64,000 nt of DNA, taken from NCBI GenBank assembly GCA_964467225.1, contig CAYXPQ010000003.1, positions 4,276 through 68,275 on the forward strand, in the 5' to 3' direction. This DNA is from an uncultured Candidatus Saccharibacteria bacterium (lineage in GTDB: Bacteria; Patescibacteriota; Minisyncoccia; Phycocordibacterales; PALSA-1337). The translations under genes and the position numbers were made by a program. Positions 1 through 11,033 of the stretch are shown here, one piece after another (position 1 is the first letter of the stretch; every line of letters begins with the position of its first letter). The notes below the pieces were generated by a model. That model saw nothing but the letters and a program-made list of their open reading frames with translations. It made no database searches and was not told the DNA's origin.

Positions 1-3
1 ACT

Positions 4-1281
4 ATGGTACAGTTGTCTGAAATATTAACATTTCTACAGTCACCAACTGCTTATTCGTTATATGATGATGTTTTTCAAATTTTGATTACATTATCACCTA
101 TAGTTCTGGCATATATTCTCCTAATAATATTTGCTCCATTATGGGTAAATTATGTTCAGTCAAAGTTTTTTTTAAGAACTAAGACAGTTCTACTTGAAAT
201 AAGATTACCAAAAGAGACTATGAAGTCTCCGTTGGCAATGGAATTATTCCTCACCTCACTACATCAAACTGGTGGAGAAGGTAGTTGGTATGATAAGTAT
301 TGGGATGGTAAGACAAGACCTTGGTATTCACTAGAGATGGTATCTATTGAAGGGCAAATAAAGTTTTATATTTGGACAAGAGTATCTCAGAAGAGTTTTA
401 CTGAATCAAGCTTGTATGCGCAATTTCCAGGAATTGAAATACATGAAGTAGAAGATTATGCCAGATCAGTGAAGTATGATCCAAAAGAGATGAGAATGTT
501 TGCTTGCGAATTTAAACTTGTAAAGGATGATGCTTATCCAATAAAAACATATATTGACTATAATTTGGACCAAGATCCCAAAGAGGAGCTAAAGGTAGAT
601 CCATTAGCTCCACTTATTGAATATCTTGGTACTGTTGGATTCAATCAGCAAGTCTGGATACAAATAATCGTGAGGGCTCACAAAAAGGAACAGCCGAAAC
701 CAGGTCATTGGTGGAAGAAGACTGATGCATGGAAAGATCGTGCTGAGGCAGAAGTAAATAAAATAATGCAGAGAGATCCCAAGACTAAAGTTGTGGGCAA
801 AAAGGATGCTGTCTCAGGGAGAGTTATACCTCCAACATTAAGTAAAGGAGAACAAGAGACCTTAGCAGCTATTGAGAAAAGTCTAACGAAGATATCATTT
901 GATGTTGGAATTAGAGCTTTATATATTGCTAAAAAGGATTTCTTTGATGGAGCAAATATAGGAGGTATATTTGGTAGTTTTAAGCAATTCAGTTCAGAAA
1001 GCTTAAATGGATTTAGACCAAATGATGATAAGTATAGTAGAATCTTTAGTTATCCATGGCAGGATTGGAGAAATATTAGATACAATAAGCAGATGTCTAC
1101 AGCACTTGAAGCATATAAGAGGAGAATGTATTTTTACAATCCATTTCCTGAGAAGCCATTTGTACTAAATTCTGAGGAACTTGCTACGATATTTCATTTC
1201 CCAGGCCAGGTTGCTGCAGCTCCAAATCTGTACCGTGTACCGTCAAAGAAGGGTCAAGCACCATCAAATCTTCCAATATAA
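4..1281 (+). CDS. Conserved CPR-type membrane-anchored hypothetical protein
   Basis: 425 aa ORF with N-terminal TM helix, 'SLEMVS..G.I.FY' and 'LNSEELATIFHFP' segments resembling CPR proteins often found near VirB4/TraG-like ATPases (from memory). Confidence 0.6.
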   Translation: MVQLSEILTFLQSPTAYSLYDDVFQILITLSPIVLAYILLIIFAPLWVNYVQSKFFLRTKTVLLEIRLPKETMKSPLAMELFLTSLHQTGGEGSWYDKYWDGKTRPWYSLEMVSIEGQIKFYIWTRVSQKSFTESSLYAQFPGIEIHEVEDYARSVKYDPKEMRMFACEFKLVKDDAYPIKTYIDYNLDQDPKEELKVDPLAPLIEYLGTVGFNQQVWIQIIVRAHKKEQPKPGHWWKKTDAWKDRAEAEVNKIMQRDPKTKVVGKKDAVSGRVIPPTLSKGEQETLAAIEKSLTKISFDVGIRALYIAKKDFFDGANIGGIFGSFKQFSSESLNGFRPNDDKYSRIFSYPWQDWRNIRYNKQMSTALEAYKRRMYFYNPFPEKPFVLNSEELATIFHFPGQVAAAPNLYRVPSKKGQAPSNLPI

Positions 1282-1284
1282 TAT

Positions 1285-2247
1285 ATGTTTTTAAAATCTT
1301 TTATAAAGAATTATACTAGAAATTTAGTACTAACTGCCTCACTAATTTTTGCCATGATGTTTATTTTTGCCTCTGTTCCTCCGTCTAATTTCCCTAAAGG
1401 ACAAATTGATGTTCATATCCCTTCCAATATATCTCTAACTAGTACTAGTGAAAGTCTTGCGAATCAAAATATTATTTCCTCACCATTTCTATTTAAGGTT
1501 TTTGTTGTTGTGTTTGGCGGACAAAGGGGATTATTCGCTGGGGATTATAGATTTACAAAGTCTGAGAATGTCATAAGAATCGCTTATAGAATGGTAAATG
1601 GAAATCAAGGTTTGCCTAAGATCAAAATAACAATTCCTGAAGGTACAAATGTATATGATATGGCCTACATATATTTGACTAAATTTAGACATTTCAATGC
1701 ACCAAGATTTGTATCACTTGCCTTGCCGTATGAAGGATACCTTTTTCCTGATACATATTATTTTCTATCTAATGTTAAACCTGAAGAAGTTATCAAAACA
1801 ATGAGAAATAACTTCGATGAAAAAATTATGAGTTTAGATCAGGATATCAAGAATTCGAACAAAATTCTAGAAGAAATAATAATCATGGCTTCGATTGTAG
1901 AAGAGGAAGAGAAAATTAGTGAAGATAGGAAAGTTATTGCAGGTATTCTATGGAAAAGATTGAATGAAGGAATACCACTTCAAGTTGATGCGCCATTCTA
2001 TTATATTACGGGTAGAAAAGGTGGATTCACTTATGATGATTTAAAAATTGATTCACCATATAATACATACAAATATAAGGGTTTGCCAAAAGGCCCAATA
2101 AGCAATCCAAGCTTGGATGCTATTAAGGCTACTCTAAACCCAGTAGCAACATCACATTATTACTATTTAACAGGTAAAGACGGCATTACTCGGTACGCTG
2201 ATACATATGATGGACATCTTAGGAACAAGAATGTATATTTGAGATAA
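1285..2247 (+). CDS. mltG: Endolytic transglycosylase MltG
   Basis: YceG motifs EGYLFPDTY, MASIVEEE, SPYNTYKYKGLPKGPISNP. Confidence 0.93.
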   Translation: MFLKSFIKNYTRNLVLTASLIFAMMFIFASVPPSNFPKGQIDVHIPSNISLTSTSESLANQNIISSPFLFKVFVVVFGGQRGLFAGDYRFTKSENVIRIAYRMVNGNQGLPKIKITIPEGTNVYDMAYIYLTKFRHFNAPRFVSLALPYEGYLFPDTYYFLSNVKPEEVIKTMRNNFDEKIMSLDQDIKNSNKILEEIIIMASIVEEEEKISEDRKVIAGILWKRLNEGIPLQVDAPFYYITGRKGGFTYDDLKIDSPYNTYKYKGLPKGPISNPSLDAIKATLNPVATSHYYYLTGKDGITRYADTYDGHLRNKNVYLR

Positions 2248-3302
2248 TGGCAAGTGTCAAGGGAAAGAAGGTCTATATTGGTATGTCTGGGGGCGTAGAT
2301 AGCTCTGTCTCTGCTTGTCTGCTCAAAAAAGCCGGATACGAAGTAATAGGAGTCTTTATTAAGGTTTGGCAACCTGACTGGATAACTTGTACATGGAAAG
2401 AAGATAGGCTTGATGCAATGAGAGTAGCCTCAAGGTTAGATATTCCATTCATTACTCTTGATTTGGAGAAAGAATATAAAGAAGAGGTTGTAGATTATAT
2501 GATAAATGAGTATAAAACAGGACGAACGCCAAATCCCGATGTAATGTGCAATCGTTCCGTGAAGTTTGGCGGGTTTTACAATTGGGCCATGAAACAAGGT
2601 GCTGATTATGTTGCTACTGGTCATTATGCTATTAGTAAAGATAATAAACTCATAGCTGGTAATGACAAAAACAAAGACCAAACATATTTCTTATGGACCT
2701 TGACTAAAGAACAAATATCAAGAACACTATTCCCTGTGGGTAACATTGAGAAACCAGAGGTTAGAAAACTAGCAAAAAAGTTTAATTTACCTAATGCAGA
2801 TAAAAAGGATAGCCAAGGTTTATGCTTTATAGGTAAAATTGATATAAAAGAATTTCTTTCTCATTATATTGAATCACAGAAGGGGAATGTTTTGGACGAA
2901 AAAGGAAATGTGATTGGTGAACACAATGGTGCATTCTTTTTCACTATTGGAGAAAGACATGGATTCAATATTACCAAGAAGTCTCCAAATGATGAGCCAT
3001 ATTATGTTATTTCAAAAAACATAGATAATAATACTATTACTGTTGCTAATAAGAATTCAGAGGGTGATCTTCCAAATGCTACTACAACTGTAAAATTAAA
3101 AAATGTAAATTGGAATCAAGGGGAAATATTGCTAAATAAAAATTTAAAAGCCCGTTCTCGATATAGAGCACCTTTGCAAAATATTAAATTTATAAATGAG
3201 AATATAGTTGAATTTGAAAAGCCACAAGATACTTTGTCATCCGGACAATCATTAGTATTCTATGATGGAGAAGTGTGTCTGGGTGGAGGGGTTATAATAT
3301 AA
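2247..3302 (+). CDS. mnmA: tRNA 2-thiouridine synthase MnmA
   Basis: SGGVDS, TPNPDVMCN, ATGHY, KDQTYFL, DSQGLCF. Confidence 0.97.
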   Translation: MASVKGKKVYIGMSGGVDSSVSACLLKKAGYEVIGVFIKVWQPDWITCTWKEDRLDAMRVASRLDIPFITLDLEKEYKEEVVDYMINEYKTGRTPNPDVMCNRSVKFGGFYNWAMKQGADYVATGHYAISKDNKLIAGNDKNKDQTYFLWTLTKEQISRTLFPVGNIEKPEVRKLAKKFNLPNADKKDSQGLCFIGKIDIKEFLSHYIESQKGNVLDEKGNVIGEHNGAFFFTIGERHGFNITKKSPNDEPYYVISKNIDNNTITVANKNSEGDLPNATTTVKLKNVNWNQGEILLNKNLKARSRYRAPLQNIKFINENIVEFEKPQDTLSSGQSLVFYDGEVCLGGGVII

Positions 3303-3320
3303 TATGTTATAATTTCCCAC

Positions 3321-4160
3321 ATGAATCACTTGATCACAATCACCAAAGCTGACGGAGCTAGAGAATTATTCGAACAGAGTAAATTGGAATCATCACTTAG
3401 AAATGCAGGAGGTAATGATCAGATAATAGAGGAGATAATAGAACATATAGGCAAGGAAATGTACGATGGAATGCCAACTCATGAGATATATTCTCGTGCA
3501 TTCAAGCTACTTAGAGAGCATTCAATGCCTATTGCGGTTAAATATTCTCTAAGAAGGGCTCTTTCTGATTTGGGACCTGATGGATTTCCATTTGAGAAAT
3601 ATGTCGCAAAGATATTTGAAGCGTGGGGATATCAAGCTATTACTGATCAGACTGTAATGGGTGCATGCGTACCGCATGAGATAGATGTTGTAGCTTGGAA
3701 TCAAAATGATTTGGCAATGGTGGAGGCTAAATTTCATAATGAATTAGGGATGAAATCTGATATAAAAGTTGCGCTATATATAAAAGCAAGATTTGATGAT
3801 TTAAAAGGTAACATGTTTGATTATGGAGGTATAAGGAGAACTCTTACTTCGGGATGGTTGATCACAAATACAAAATTTACTGATCAAGCTATAAAATACG
3901 GTGAATGTAATGGTCTAAAAATGATAGGTTGGAATTATCCAGCAAAGGGCAATCTTCAAGACATTATTGAAGAACTACATTTGCACCCATTAACTTGTCT
4001 GGTATCACTTAATAATGCAAATAAGAGAGAACTATTGAACCAAGGCATGGTTCTTTGTATGGATATTTATAACAATCAATCTTCATTAAACAAAATAAAT
4101 ATGCCAAATGATCAAATAAATAGTGTAATTGCAGAAATAAAAGAAGTTTGTGGATTATAG
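3321..4160 (+). CDS. ATP-cone domain + Mrr-like PD-(D/E)XK nuclease protein
   Basis: N-terminal ITKADGARELF..SKL (ATP cone); FEKYVAKIF, HEIDV, VEAKFH, ITNTKFT (Mrr-like catalytic domain). Confidence 0.75.
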   Translation: MNHLITITKADGARELFEQSKLESSLRNAGGNDQIIEEIIEHIGKEMYDGMPTHEIYSRAFKLLREHSMPIAVKYSLRRALSDLGPDGFPFEKYVAKIFEAWGYQAITDQTVMGACVPHEIDVVAWNQNDLAMVEAKFHNELGMKSDIKVALYIKARFDDLKGNMFDYGGIRRTLTSGWLITNTKFTDQAIKYGECNGLKMIGWNYPAKGNLQDIIEELHLHPLTCLVSLNNANKRELLNQGMVLCMDIYNNQSSLNKINMPNDQINSVIAEIKEVCGL

Positions 4161-4162
4161 AA

Positions 4163-4741
4163 ATGTCAAAAATAGATGAATTAGAGAAAATAAAAGATGA
4201 GGTATTAAATTTGGTTGATTCTCCTTTATATAAATATAGAACCGAGAATAAATATTTACCTGTTATTGGAGAAGGAAATCATGATGCAAAAATTGTATTT
4301 ATAGGAGAAGCGCCAGGTAGAAATGAAGCTATGACAGGACGTCCATTCTGTGGCGCAGCTGGAAAGATTCTAGATGAGCTATTGGCAACTATAAATTTTA
4401 ATAGAAAGGATATTTACATAACAAATATAGTAAAAGACAGACCTCAGATGAATAGAGATCCTCTGCCTAGTGAAATAGAAATATACGGACCTTTCCTTGA
4501 TAGACAAATAGAAATAATCAAACCTAAAGTTATAGTTACTCTTGGTCGGTATGCTATGAATTATATTATGAAAAAATACGACTTAGACTTAGAAATAGAA
4601 CCAATTGGTAGAGCTCATGGGAAGGTCTATAAAGCTCAAGGAATAGATATTGTTGCGCTATACCATCCTTGTGTGGCAATATATAATCGTAGGACATTAA
4701 ATACCCTTATAGATGACGTCAAGATTCTCAAAAACTATTGA
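4163..4741 (+). CDS. Uracil-DNA glycosylase family 4 (lacks the usual Fe-S cysteines)
   Basis: GEAPG..E..GRPF.G.AG, NRDP, YHP motifs; ATG at 4163 chosen over TTG at 4148. Confidence 0.9.
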   Translation: MSKIDELEKIKDEVLNLVDSPLYKYRTENKYLPVIGEGNHDAKIVFIGEAPGRNEAMTGRPFCGAAGKILDELLATINFNRKDIYITNIVKDRPQMNRDPLPSEIEIYGPFLDRQIEIIKPKVIVTLGRYAMNYIMKKYDLDLEIEPIGRAHGKVYKAQGIDIVALYHPCVAIYNRRTLNTLIDDVKILKNY

Positions 4742-6542
4742 TTTGCTGGAGTATTTAAATAACACATATAGTAGACTTCATACAATGTATGAGAAAGCCT
4801 TTTGGGTTTCCTATATGGGTGATCATGGTGTTGATAAGAGAATGCAAAAGGCTCAAGAAGCAAGAGATAAATTTCGTTCAAATAGCAAGTTAAAATCTGA
4901 AGTTGAATTTCATTTAAAAAAGAATAAAGGAGAAATTAAAAAAAGATTAGAGAATTGGAATAGATTTTTTAGCTTATTTGTCACTCCTTCAGAAGCTTTG
5001 GCAATTAAGAAAAAAGTCGCTGAACTTGAGGCTAGGGTTTTAAAAAGGCATTCAACACGCAAGGAAGGCTATATTGATCCTCAAACAAATAATTTTGTTG
5101 AGGCATCATTTAACAAAATGCGTACAATAATGCGGACTAGTCCCAACGAAGCAATTCGTAAGGCATGTTTTGATGCTACAGAAGAATTAGCTTTGGATAG
5201 TTTGGATGAGTATGTTGAAATTATAAAGGGCAGGAATAAATTTGCTCAAATCTTGGGCTATGAAGATTTTTATGATTACAAAATTCATATTGATGAAGGA
5301 ATAACGAAGGACCAATTATTCAAGATTTTCGATCAGATATATGACAAAACTAAGTATGCTTTTGACGGATTAAGAATGCTCGAGAAAGAAAAGCCGGGAT
5401 TAAGAAAACAGTGGAATTTCAACTATATGATGTCTGGTAATTTTACTAAAGAAGAAGATCCATATTTTCAATTTGAAAATGCGTTGATGTATTGGGGAAG
5501 ATCATTTGATGCGCTTGGAATTGATTTTCAAAAGGGAAGCATAACTCTAGATTTGATAGATAGGAAAGGTAAATACAGCAATGGATTCTGTCATTATCCG
5601 ACAATTATTAATTATAAAAAGGGTAAGATAGTTCCAGCTTCTGCAAATTTTACTTCAAATGCAGTGCCAAATCAAGTAGGTGCAGGTATTCAAGCTTTAA
5701 ATACACTATTTCATGAAGCGGGACATGCAGCAGATAGGCTTAATTCTATTCAAAGAGACACATGTTTAAATACTGAGTATCCACCTTCCACTGTATCTTG
5801 GGCAGAAACACATAGTATGTTCATGGATACTATTTCAAGTAGTATTGAATGGAAAATTAGATATGCAAAGGATAAAGATGGTAGACCCTATCCTTTTGAA
5901 TTATATGAGAGGAAATTAAAAGCAGTGTTTCCTCTAATTCCATTAGAAATGATGCATGTAATGTTTGTAATGGAATTTGAAAGAATTATTTATGAATGTA
6001 AAAATTTAACTAAGGATTTTGTTATTGAAACAGCTAAGAAAGTTAATAGAAAATATTTTGACAGAGTAGAGGATTCAGTATATGTATTGAATGTTCCTCA
6101 TATATATTCTTGGGAAAGCTCTGCTTACTATCATGGTTATGGTTTAGCAGAATTAGGCGTGCGTCAATGGCGAGATTATTTCTTTAAAAAGTATGGCTAT
6201 ATTGTTGATAATCCAAATATTGGAAAAGAAATGATTAAGATATGGAAATACGGTTCTCTATTCAGTTCTGGTAAATTTATAAAAATGGCAACAGGTAAGT
6301 CGCTAAGTGCAAATGCATTTATAAAAAATGTAACAAGATCATACGAAGAAATGATAAAGATATCAAAACAAAAAATAAACAGACTGAATAAAATTCCATT
6401 AACAATAAGGCCAGTTAATTTAAATGCTAAAATTACATTAGTACATGGTAAGCAGAAGATTGCAGATAATAGTAAGAGTTTTGAAGAGATGGATAGGAAA
6501 TATAGGGAGTGGCTAAAAAGCTTTATAGATAAAGGATTTTAA
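4713..6542 (+). CDS. M3 family zinc metallopeptidase
   Basis: LFHEAGH (HExxH), RKGKYSNGF, downstream AETHSM. Confidence 0.85.
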   Translation: MTSRFSKTIDLLEYLNNTYSRLHTMYEKAFWVSYMGDHGVDKRMQKAQEARDKFRSNSKLKSEVEFHLKKNKGEIKKRLENWNRFFSLFVTPSEALAIKKKVAELEARVLKRHSTRKEGYIDPQTNNFVEASFNKMRTIMRTSPNEAIRKACFDATEELALDSLDEYVEIIKGRNKFAQILGYEDFYDYKIHIDEGITKDQLFKIFDQIYDKTKYAFDGLRMLEKEKPGLRKQWNFNYMMSGNFTKEEDPYFQFENALMYWGRSFDALGIDFQKGSITLDLIDRKGKYSNGFCHYPTIINYKKGKIVPASANFTSNAVPNQVGAGIQALNTLFHEAGHAADRLNSIQRDTCLNTEYPPSTVSWAETHSMFMDTISSSIEWKIRYAKDKDGRPYPFELYERKLKAVFPLIPLEMMHVMFVMEFERIIYECKNLTKDFVIETAKKVNRKYFDRVEDSVYVLNVPHIYSWESSAYYHGYGLAELGVRQWRDYFFKKYGYIVDNPNIGKEMIKIWKYGSLFSSGKFIKMATGKSLSANAFIKNVTRSYEEMIKISKQKINRLNKIPLTIRPVNLNAKITLVHGKQKIADNSKSFEEMDRKYREWLKSFIDKGF

Positions 6543-6621
6543 ACAGGAACTTGGTTTGTTGATGTTCGGATAAATGGTGTAAAACGATGAAAAAAAGTCA
6601 ACTTTATGCTAAACTCACTTC

Positions 6622-8388
6622 ATGAATTCAGCAGAAATACGCAATAGATTTCTTAAATTTTTTGAGAAAAGGGGACATGTAATCATCCCTTCAGCTTCAC
6701 TTGTAACCCCAGATGAGAAAGGTATTACAAATCCAACTCTATTTAATACTGCCGGTATGCAACCACTTGTACCATATCTTCTCGGTGAACCTCATCCCCA
6801 AGGCACAAGACTTGTAGATGTTCAGAAGGTATTGAGAACAGTTGATATAGACGATATAGGCGATAAAACTCATGCAACATTTTTTGAAATGTTAGGTAAT
6901 TGGTCATTGGGTGATTATTTCAAACAAGAAGCAATAAATTGGAGTTATGATTTTCTAACTAGCAAGGAAGAAGGTTTAGGGCTTGATCCAAATAGACTTT
7001 ATGTAACAGTTTTTGAAGGGGATGAGAATGCTCCAAGAGACGAAGAAGCTGCAAATATATGGCGAGAAATATTCTCTAAAAATAAAATAGAAGGAAACAG
7101 AATATTCTATTTGCCAGCCAAGAAGAATTGGTGGGAGGCAGGAGATAATGGTCCTTGTGGTCCAGATACTGAAATGTACTATGATGTTTCTAATAAATTT
7201 AAAGGTAAAGGCTTGACACATGAAGAGTTCCTGAAAGCAGATGATAACAGAGATGTTGTTGAGATTTGGAATGATGTGTTCATGCAATACGAGAAGAAGG
7301 ATGGCAAAATAATTGCTAAATTACCTAAGCCTTCTGTTGATACTGGTGCAGGGCTTGAAAGATTGTGTATGACATTACAGGGTGTTGATAATATTTATGA
7401 TACGGATTTATTGAAGTCTACAATTGATAAGATAAAATTAATATCTTCAAATTATAATGAGAAGTCAGCTAGAATTGTAGCTGATCATGTACGAGCTTCT
7501 GTGATGTTGATTTCTGATGGAGTTATTCCAAGTAACAGCGATAGGGGTTATGTTCTGCGAAAATTAATTCGTCGAGCAGTTAGACATTTTGATAAATTAC
7601 AAATAAATTCAAATATTATTGAGATAGTTGAAAATATTCAAAATAAGTATAAAGACATTTACAACAATGTTGTAGATTCTAGTATATTAAATGTGATTAA
7701 GGATGAAGAAATAAAGTTTAAGGAGACTCTATCTCGTGGATTAAAAGAATTTGAAAAAGGCACCGACGCATTTACTTTATTTTCGAGTTATGGATTTCCT
7801 TTAGAATTAACTTTGGAATTAGCAAAAGAGAAAGGTGTTGGTGTGGATGTGAAGGATTTTGAAGATAAATTTAGAAGTCATCAGGAATTATCAAGAAAAG
7901 GTGCTGAGCAGAAATTCAAGGGTGGTCTTGCTGATACAAGTGAAATGTCAGTTAAGTATCACACAGCTACACATCTTCTTCATCAAGCATTACATGATGT
8001 TTTAGGTGATAAGGTGATGCAAAAGGGTTCAAATATTACCCCAGAAAGATTAAGATTCGATTTTGCACATGGTTCAAAGATGACAGATGAAGAGAAGAAA
8101 AAAGTAGAGGACATGGTAAATTCAAAAATTGCAGAGGCATTACCAGTCAATCAAGTAATGATGCTGAGAACAGAAGCAGAGAAGACTGACGCTAGACATT
8201 TCTTTGGTGAGAAATACGGTGATGAAGTATCAATATATTATATTGGTAAGGATTTAAATTCCGCTTACTCGAAAGAGTTTTGTGGTGGTCCACATGTAAA
8301 GAATACTAGTGAATTAGGTAAATTTAAAATCCAAAAAGAAGAAGCAGTATCTGCTGGTGTAAGAAGAATTAAAGCGGTCTTGCAATAA
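6622..8388 (+). CDS. alaS: Alanine--tRNA ligase (short form, no C-Ala domain)
   Basis: FNTAGMQ, FFEMLGN, VDTGAGLER, HTATHLL, EFCGGPH; ends at GVRRIKAV. Confidence 0.97.
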   Translation: MNSAEIRNRFLKFFEKRGHVIIPSASLVTPDEKGITNPTLFNTAGMQPLVPYLLGEPHPQGTRLVDVQKVLRTVDIDDIGDKTHATFFEMLGNWSLGDYFKQEAINWSYDFLTSKEEGLGLDPNRLYVTVFEGDENAPRDEEAANIWREIFSKNKIEGNRIFYLPAKKNWWEAGDNGPCGPDTEMYYDVSNKFKGKGLTHEEFLKADDNRDVVEIWNDVFMQYEKKDGKIIAKLPKPSVDTGAGLERLCMTLQGVDNIYDTDLLKSTIDKIKLISSNYNEKSARIVADHVRASVMLISDGVIPSNSDRGYVLRKLIRRAVRHFDKLQINSNIIEIVENIQNKYKDIYNNVVDSSILNVIKDEEIKFKETLSRGLKEFEKGTDAFTLFSSYGFPLELTLELAKEKGVGVDVKDFEDKFRSHQELSRKGAEQKFKGGLADTSEMSVKYHTATHLLHQALHDVLGDKVMQKGSNITPERLRFDFAHGSKMTDEEKKKVEDMVNSKIAEALPVNQVMMLRTEAEKTDARHFFGEKYGDEVSIYYIGKDLNSAYSKEFCGGPHVKNTSELGKFKIQKEEAVSAGVRRIKAVLQ

Positions 8389-8418
8389 TATTATATGTTT
8401 GTGTTATAATATCTTCGT

Positions 8419-9486
8419 ATGTTTTCTATAACTTCTCAAAGTACGAAGGATGATTTAATCTTAGTCTTCGATATTCAAAGTGGTCAAATAAATGGAGCTT
8501 TGTCTGCTCTTAAAAAAGATAAAAAACTTGAAATAGTTAATTCTAGATCAAAATTAATTTCTAGAACTAGACATATGAATACTAATTTATATATAAGAAC
8601 AATGATAAGCTCACTGTCAGATTTAGCACATGAACTTGCGGGTAGTCACCATATTTCTCAGGCCCAAATAATCCTTTCTTCTCCCTGGATAGTATCTCAG
8701 TCTAAGACAATAAAATTAAAATTTGAGAAGGATACCGTTATTACCTCAAAATTAGTAGATAATTTGATAGAGGAAGCCTCAGAGAAGAATTCATTTGATG
8801 AGGATTCAATATATATTGAAAAGAAGATTTTTGATATTAAACTAAATGGCTATAGTGTTACAAAGTATATTGATAGATCTGCAGGAAGTATCAGTATTTC
8901 TTTTGCAACAACAATATCATCCAATAAACTTTTAAATATGATTAAGGATACTATTAAAAAGCCATTTTCATTATCTAAAATCGAGTATCATTCAAGTCTA
9001 TTGCTAAATTATATTTCTCTAAGGAAATTAGTAACTGATATGAATGATTATATATATATTCATGTTCATGCAGAACTTACAGATATCGTTGTAGTTAAAA
9101 ATGCTATTTGCGCTCATATTTCTTCATTTCCTATGGGGGTAAATGGATTAATCAAAAGAGTTTCTCAAGGGCTGAAGATGGATGAAACTATAGTAGATTC
9201 AACATTATCTATGTATAAAGATGGCAAACTTAATGCAGACGAAAAAGTCAGAATAACTTCTAAGCTCGATGAATATTCAAATGATTGGCTTAATAATTAC
9301 TCCAGCTTACTTGAAAAATCTATGAGTAGAGAATTATTGCCAGAGATTATTTATATTTCTGCAACTTCCCGTGTCGATATTTATAAAGATATATTAAAAT
9401 CAAAATTTTCTGAGGATATACATTTCTTTGATCTAGATGTTGATACAATGGTTGTACACACTTTAGCATTAAGTGATGTGATATAA
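8419..9486 (+). CDS. FtsA/PilM-like actin-fold protein (divergent)
   Basis: N-terminal VFDIQSGQI, LNGY segment, SFPMG; general FtsA-like layout. Confidence 0.55.
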   Translation: MFSITSQSTKDDLILVFDIQSGQINGALSALKKDKKLEIVNSRSKLISRTRHMNTNLYIRTMISSLSDLAHELAGSHHISQAQIILSSPWIVSQSKTIKLKFEKDTVITSKLVDNLIEEASEKNSFDEDSIYIEKKIFDIKLNGYSVTKYIDRSAGSISISFATTISSNKLLNMIKDTIKKPFSLSKIEYHSSLLLNYISLRKLVTDMNDYIYIHVHAELTDIVVVKNAICAHISSFPMGVNGLIKRVSQGLKMDETIVDSTLSMYKDGKLNADEKVRITSKLDEYSNDWLNNYSSLLEKSMSRELLPEIIYISATSRVDIYKDILKSKFSEDIHFFDLDVDTMVVHTLALSDVI

Positions 9487-9496
9487 TATAAAAAAT

Positions 9497-10981
9497 ATGT
9501 CAGCTAAAAGAATAGTACAAGATATTGTCCCATCAAACAAAAGATCAATAAGATCTGTAAAACCTAGTATGGTCCGCAAAAATTTAAATGTAGTTGACCA
9601 AGATCCAGATGAAATAATAAAGATAAATAACAGATCAAATTTCAAAAATTCCATCAAGGAAATACATGAGTATGAGGATGAGGGTAGGTCGTGGAGTGAG
9701 GAATTTCCAGTTGTTGTCAAAAAGAAGGATTCAAGTGTTAAGGCAAGATCATCTGCTGAATTACCACAAATAAAACAACAAATACCTGTAACCCAATATT
9801 CATCTTCAAATTATACAAAATCCTCTAAGAATAAATTTTCAAAAATTATTACCTTTTTGGCTGTATTTATTTGTGTAGCAACTATAGCCTTAGCATTATC
9901 CTTGTTATACACCAAGGCTCTTGTAACAATAGTTCCATCTAGTATTCCAATAGAAGTAAATGGTAATTTTCTTGCCAAAAAAGATTCAACTAGTGCTGAT
10001 GTATTAGGATATAAGGTTGTATCTATTAATTTTGATGAATATAAAGATGTCCCCGCAACAGATGGTCCTTTAGTTCAGACTAAATCAAAAGGTACTATTA
10101 CCTTGTATAATAATTACAGTACTAGTTCACAGAAGATTCTGGCAGGAACGAGAGTTGTAAATTCTAAGAATCAAATATACAAGACTACATGGTCTGTTGT
10201 AATTCCTGCTAGAAAGATAGATAAAGGCAAAATCGTTCCAGGAGCAATAGATGTTGGAATTATTGCTGATCAGCCTGGTATTGAGTATGATATGTCGATT
10301 TTAACCGAGACAGCTTTAGATTTTACAATTCCAGCATTCAAAAATACACCTAGATACACAACAGTAACAGGTAGGTTAAAGAAAGACCTGGTAGGTGGAT
10401 TCAATAGTAAAAAGAAAATAATTTCTCCTGAAATTGAAAAAGTTGCCTATCAAGAAGTTGAGATGCAATTAAAGGATAAATTATTAAAAAACATAAAGCT
10501 TGCTGTACCTGATGATTTAATATTATTTGACGATTCTTATATAATTGAATACCAAAAGTTACCTATAATTAATACTGATTCCTCAACAGCCAAGATAGGT
10601 AGTAAGGGTACACTCTATGGAGTTATATTTAATTCTAAGTCATTGCTTGATGAATTAGCACGAAAACAAATTGATGAAAATCGCCTACAAACATATAAGA
10701 TTGATGGATTAAAATCATTGAAATTTACGATGCTTAATACAAAGGATAATCCCATTAAAAGGGGTTTACCTATAAGCTTTAATCTTGATGGATCTATAAA
10801 GATTACGGGTACATTCTCAGAGTCAGAACTCAAAAATAAGCTGCTTTCAATTAAGCTAGATCAGATGAATACTATTATTAAGCAATACCCATCCATTAGA
10901 AGTGTATCAGTAGTATTGACTCCATTCTGGATGAGAAGATTCCCTAATTCTGTTGATAATATTATCTTTGAATACAAGTAG
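9497..10981 (+). CDS. Single-TM protein with baseplate-J-like extracellular domain
   Basis: QDIVP N-terminus, TM at ~aa116-138, KSKGTITLYN...GTRV...ADQPG.EY...GG pattern. Confidence 0.6.
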   Translation: MSAKRIVQDIVPSNKRSIRSVKPSMVRKNLNVVDQDPDEIIKINNRSNFKNSIKEIHEYEDEGRSWSEEFPVVVKKKDSSVKARSSAELPQIKQQIPVTQYSSSNYTKSSKNKFSKIITFLAVFICVATIALALSLLYTKALVTIVPSSIPIEVNGNFLAKKDSTSADVLGYKVVSINFDEYKDVPATDGPLVQTKSKGTITLYNNYSTSSQKILAGTRVVNSKNQIYKTTWSVVIPARKIDKGKIVPGAIDVGIIADQPGIEYDMSILTETALDFTIPAFKNTPRYTTVTGRLKKDLVGGFNSKKKIISPEIEKVAYQEVEMQLKDKLLKNIKLAVPDDLILFDDSYIIEYQKLPIINTDSSTAKIGSKGTLYGVIFNSKSLLDELARKQIDENRLQTYKIDGLKSLKFTMLNTKDNPIKRGLPISFNLDGSIKITGTFSESELKNKLLSIKLDQMNTIIKQYPSIRSVSVVLTPFWMRRFPNSVDNIIFEYK

Positions 10982-10984
10982 GTA

Positions 10985-11014
10985 TTGACATTATTATACT
11001 AGTTTTGTTAGTAT
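10985..11014 (+). promoter_or_regulatory. Sigma70-type promoter of the infA-rpsI cluster
   Basis: TTGACA (10985-10990), 18 nt, TGt-TAGTAT (11009-11014). Confidence 0.65.
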
Positions 11015-11033
11015 ACCTAGACGCGCCAAATTG

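Noticed and set aside
6622-8388. alaS (also valS, uvrC, rplM) as pseudogenes because they are short
   Set aside because: Catalytic motifs are intact and frames are clean; domain trimming fits genome streamlining.
9497-10981. Prophage or contractile injection system
   Set aside because: A single baseplate-like gene with a TM anchor; no capsid, tail, sheath or integrase genes nearby.
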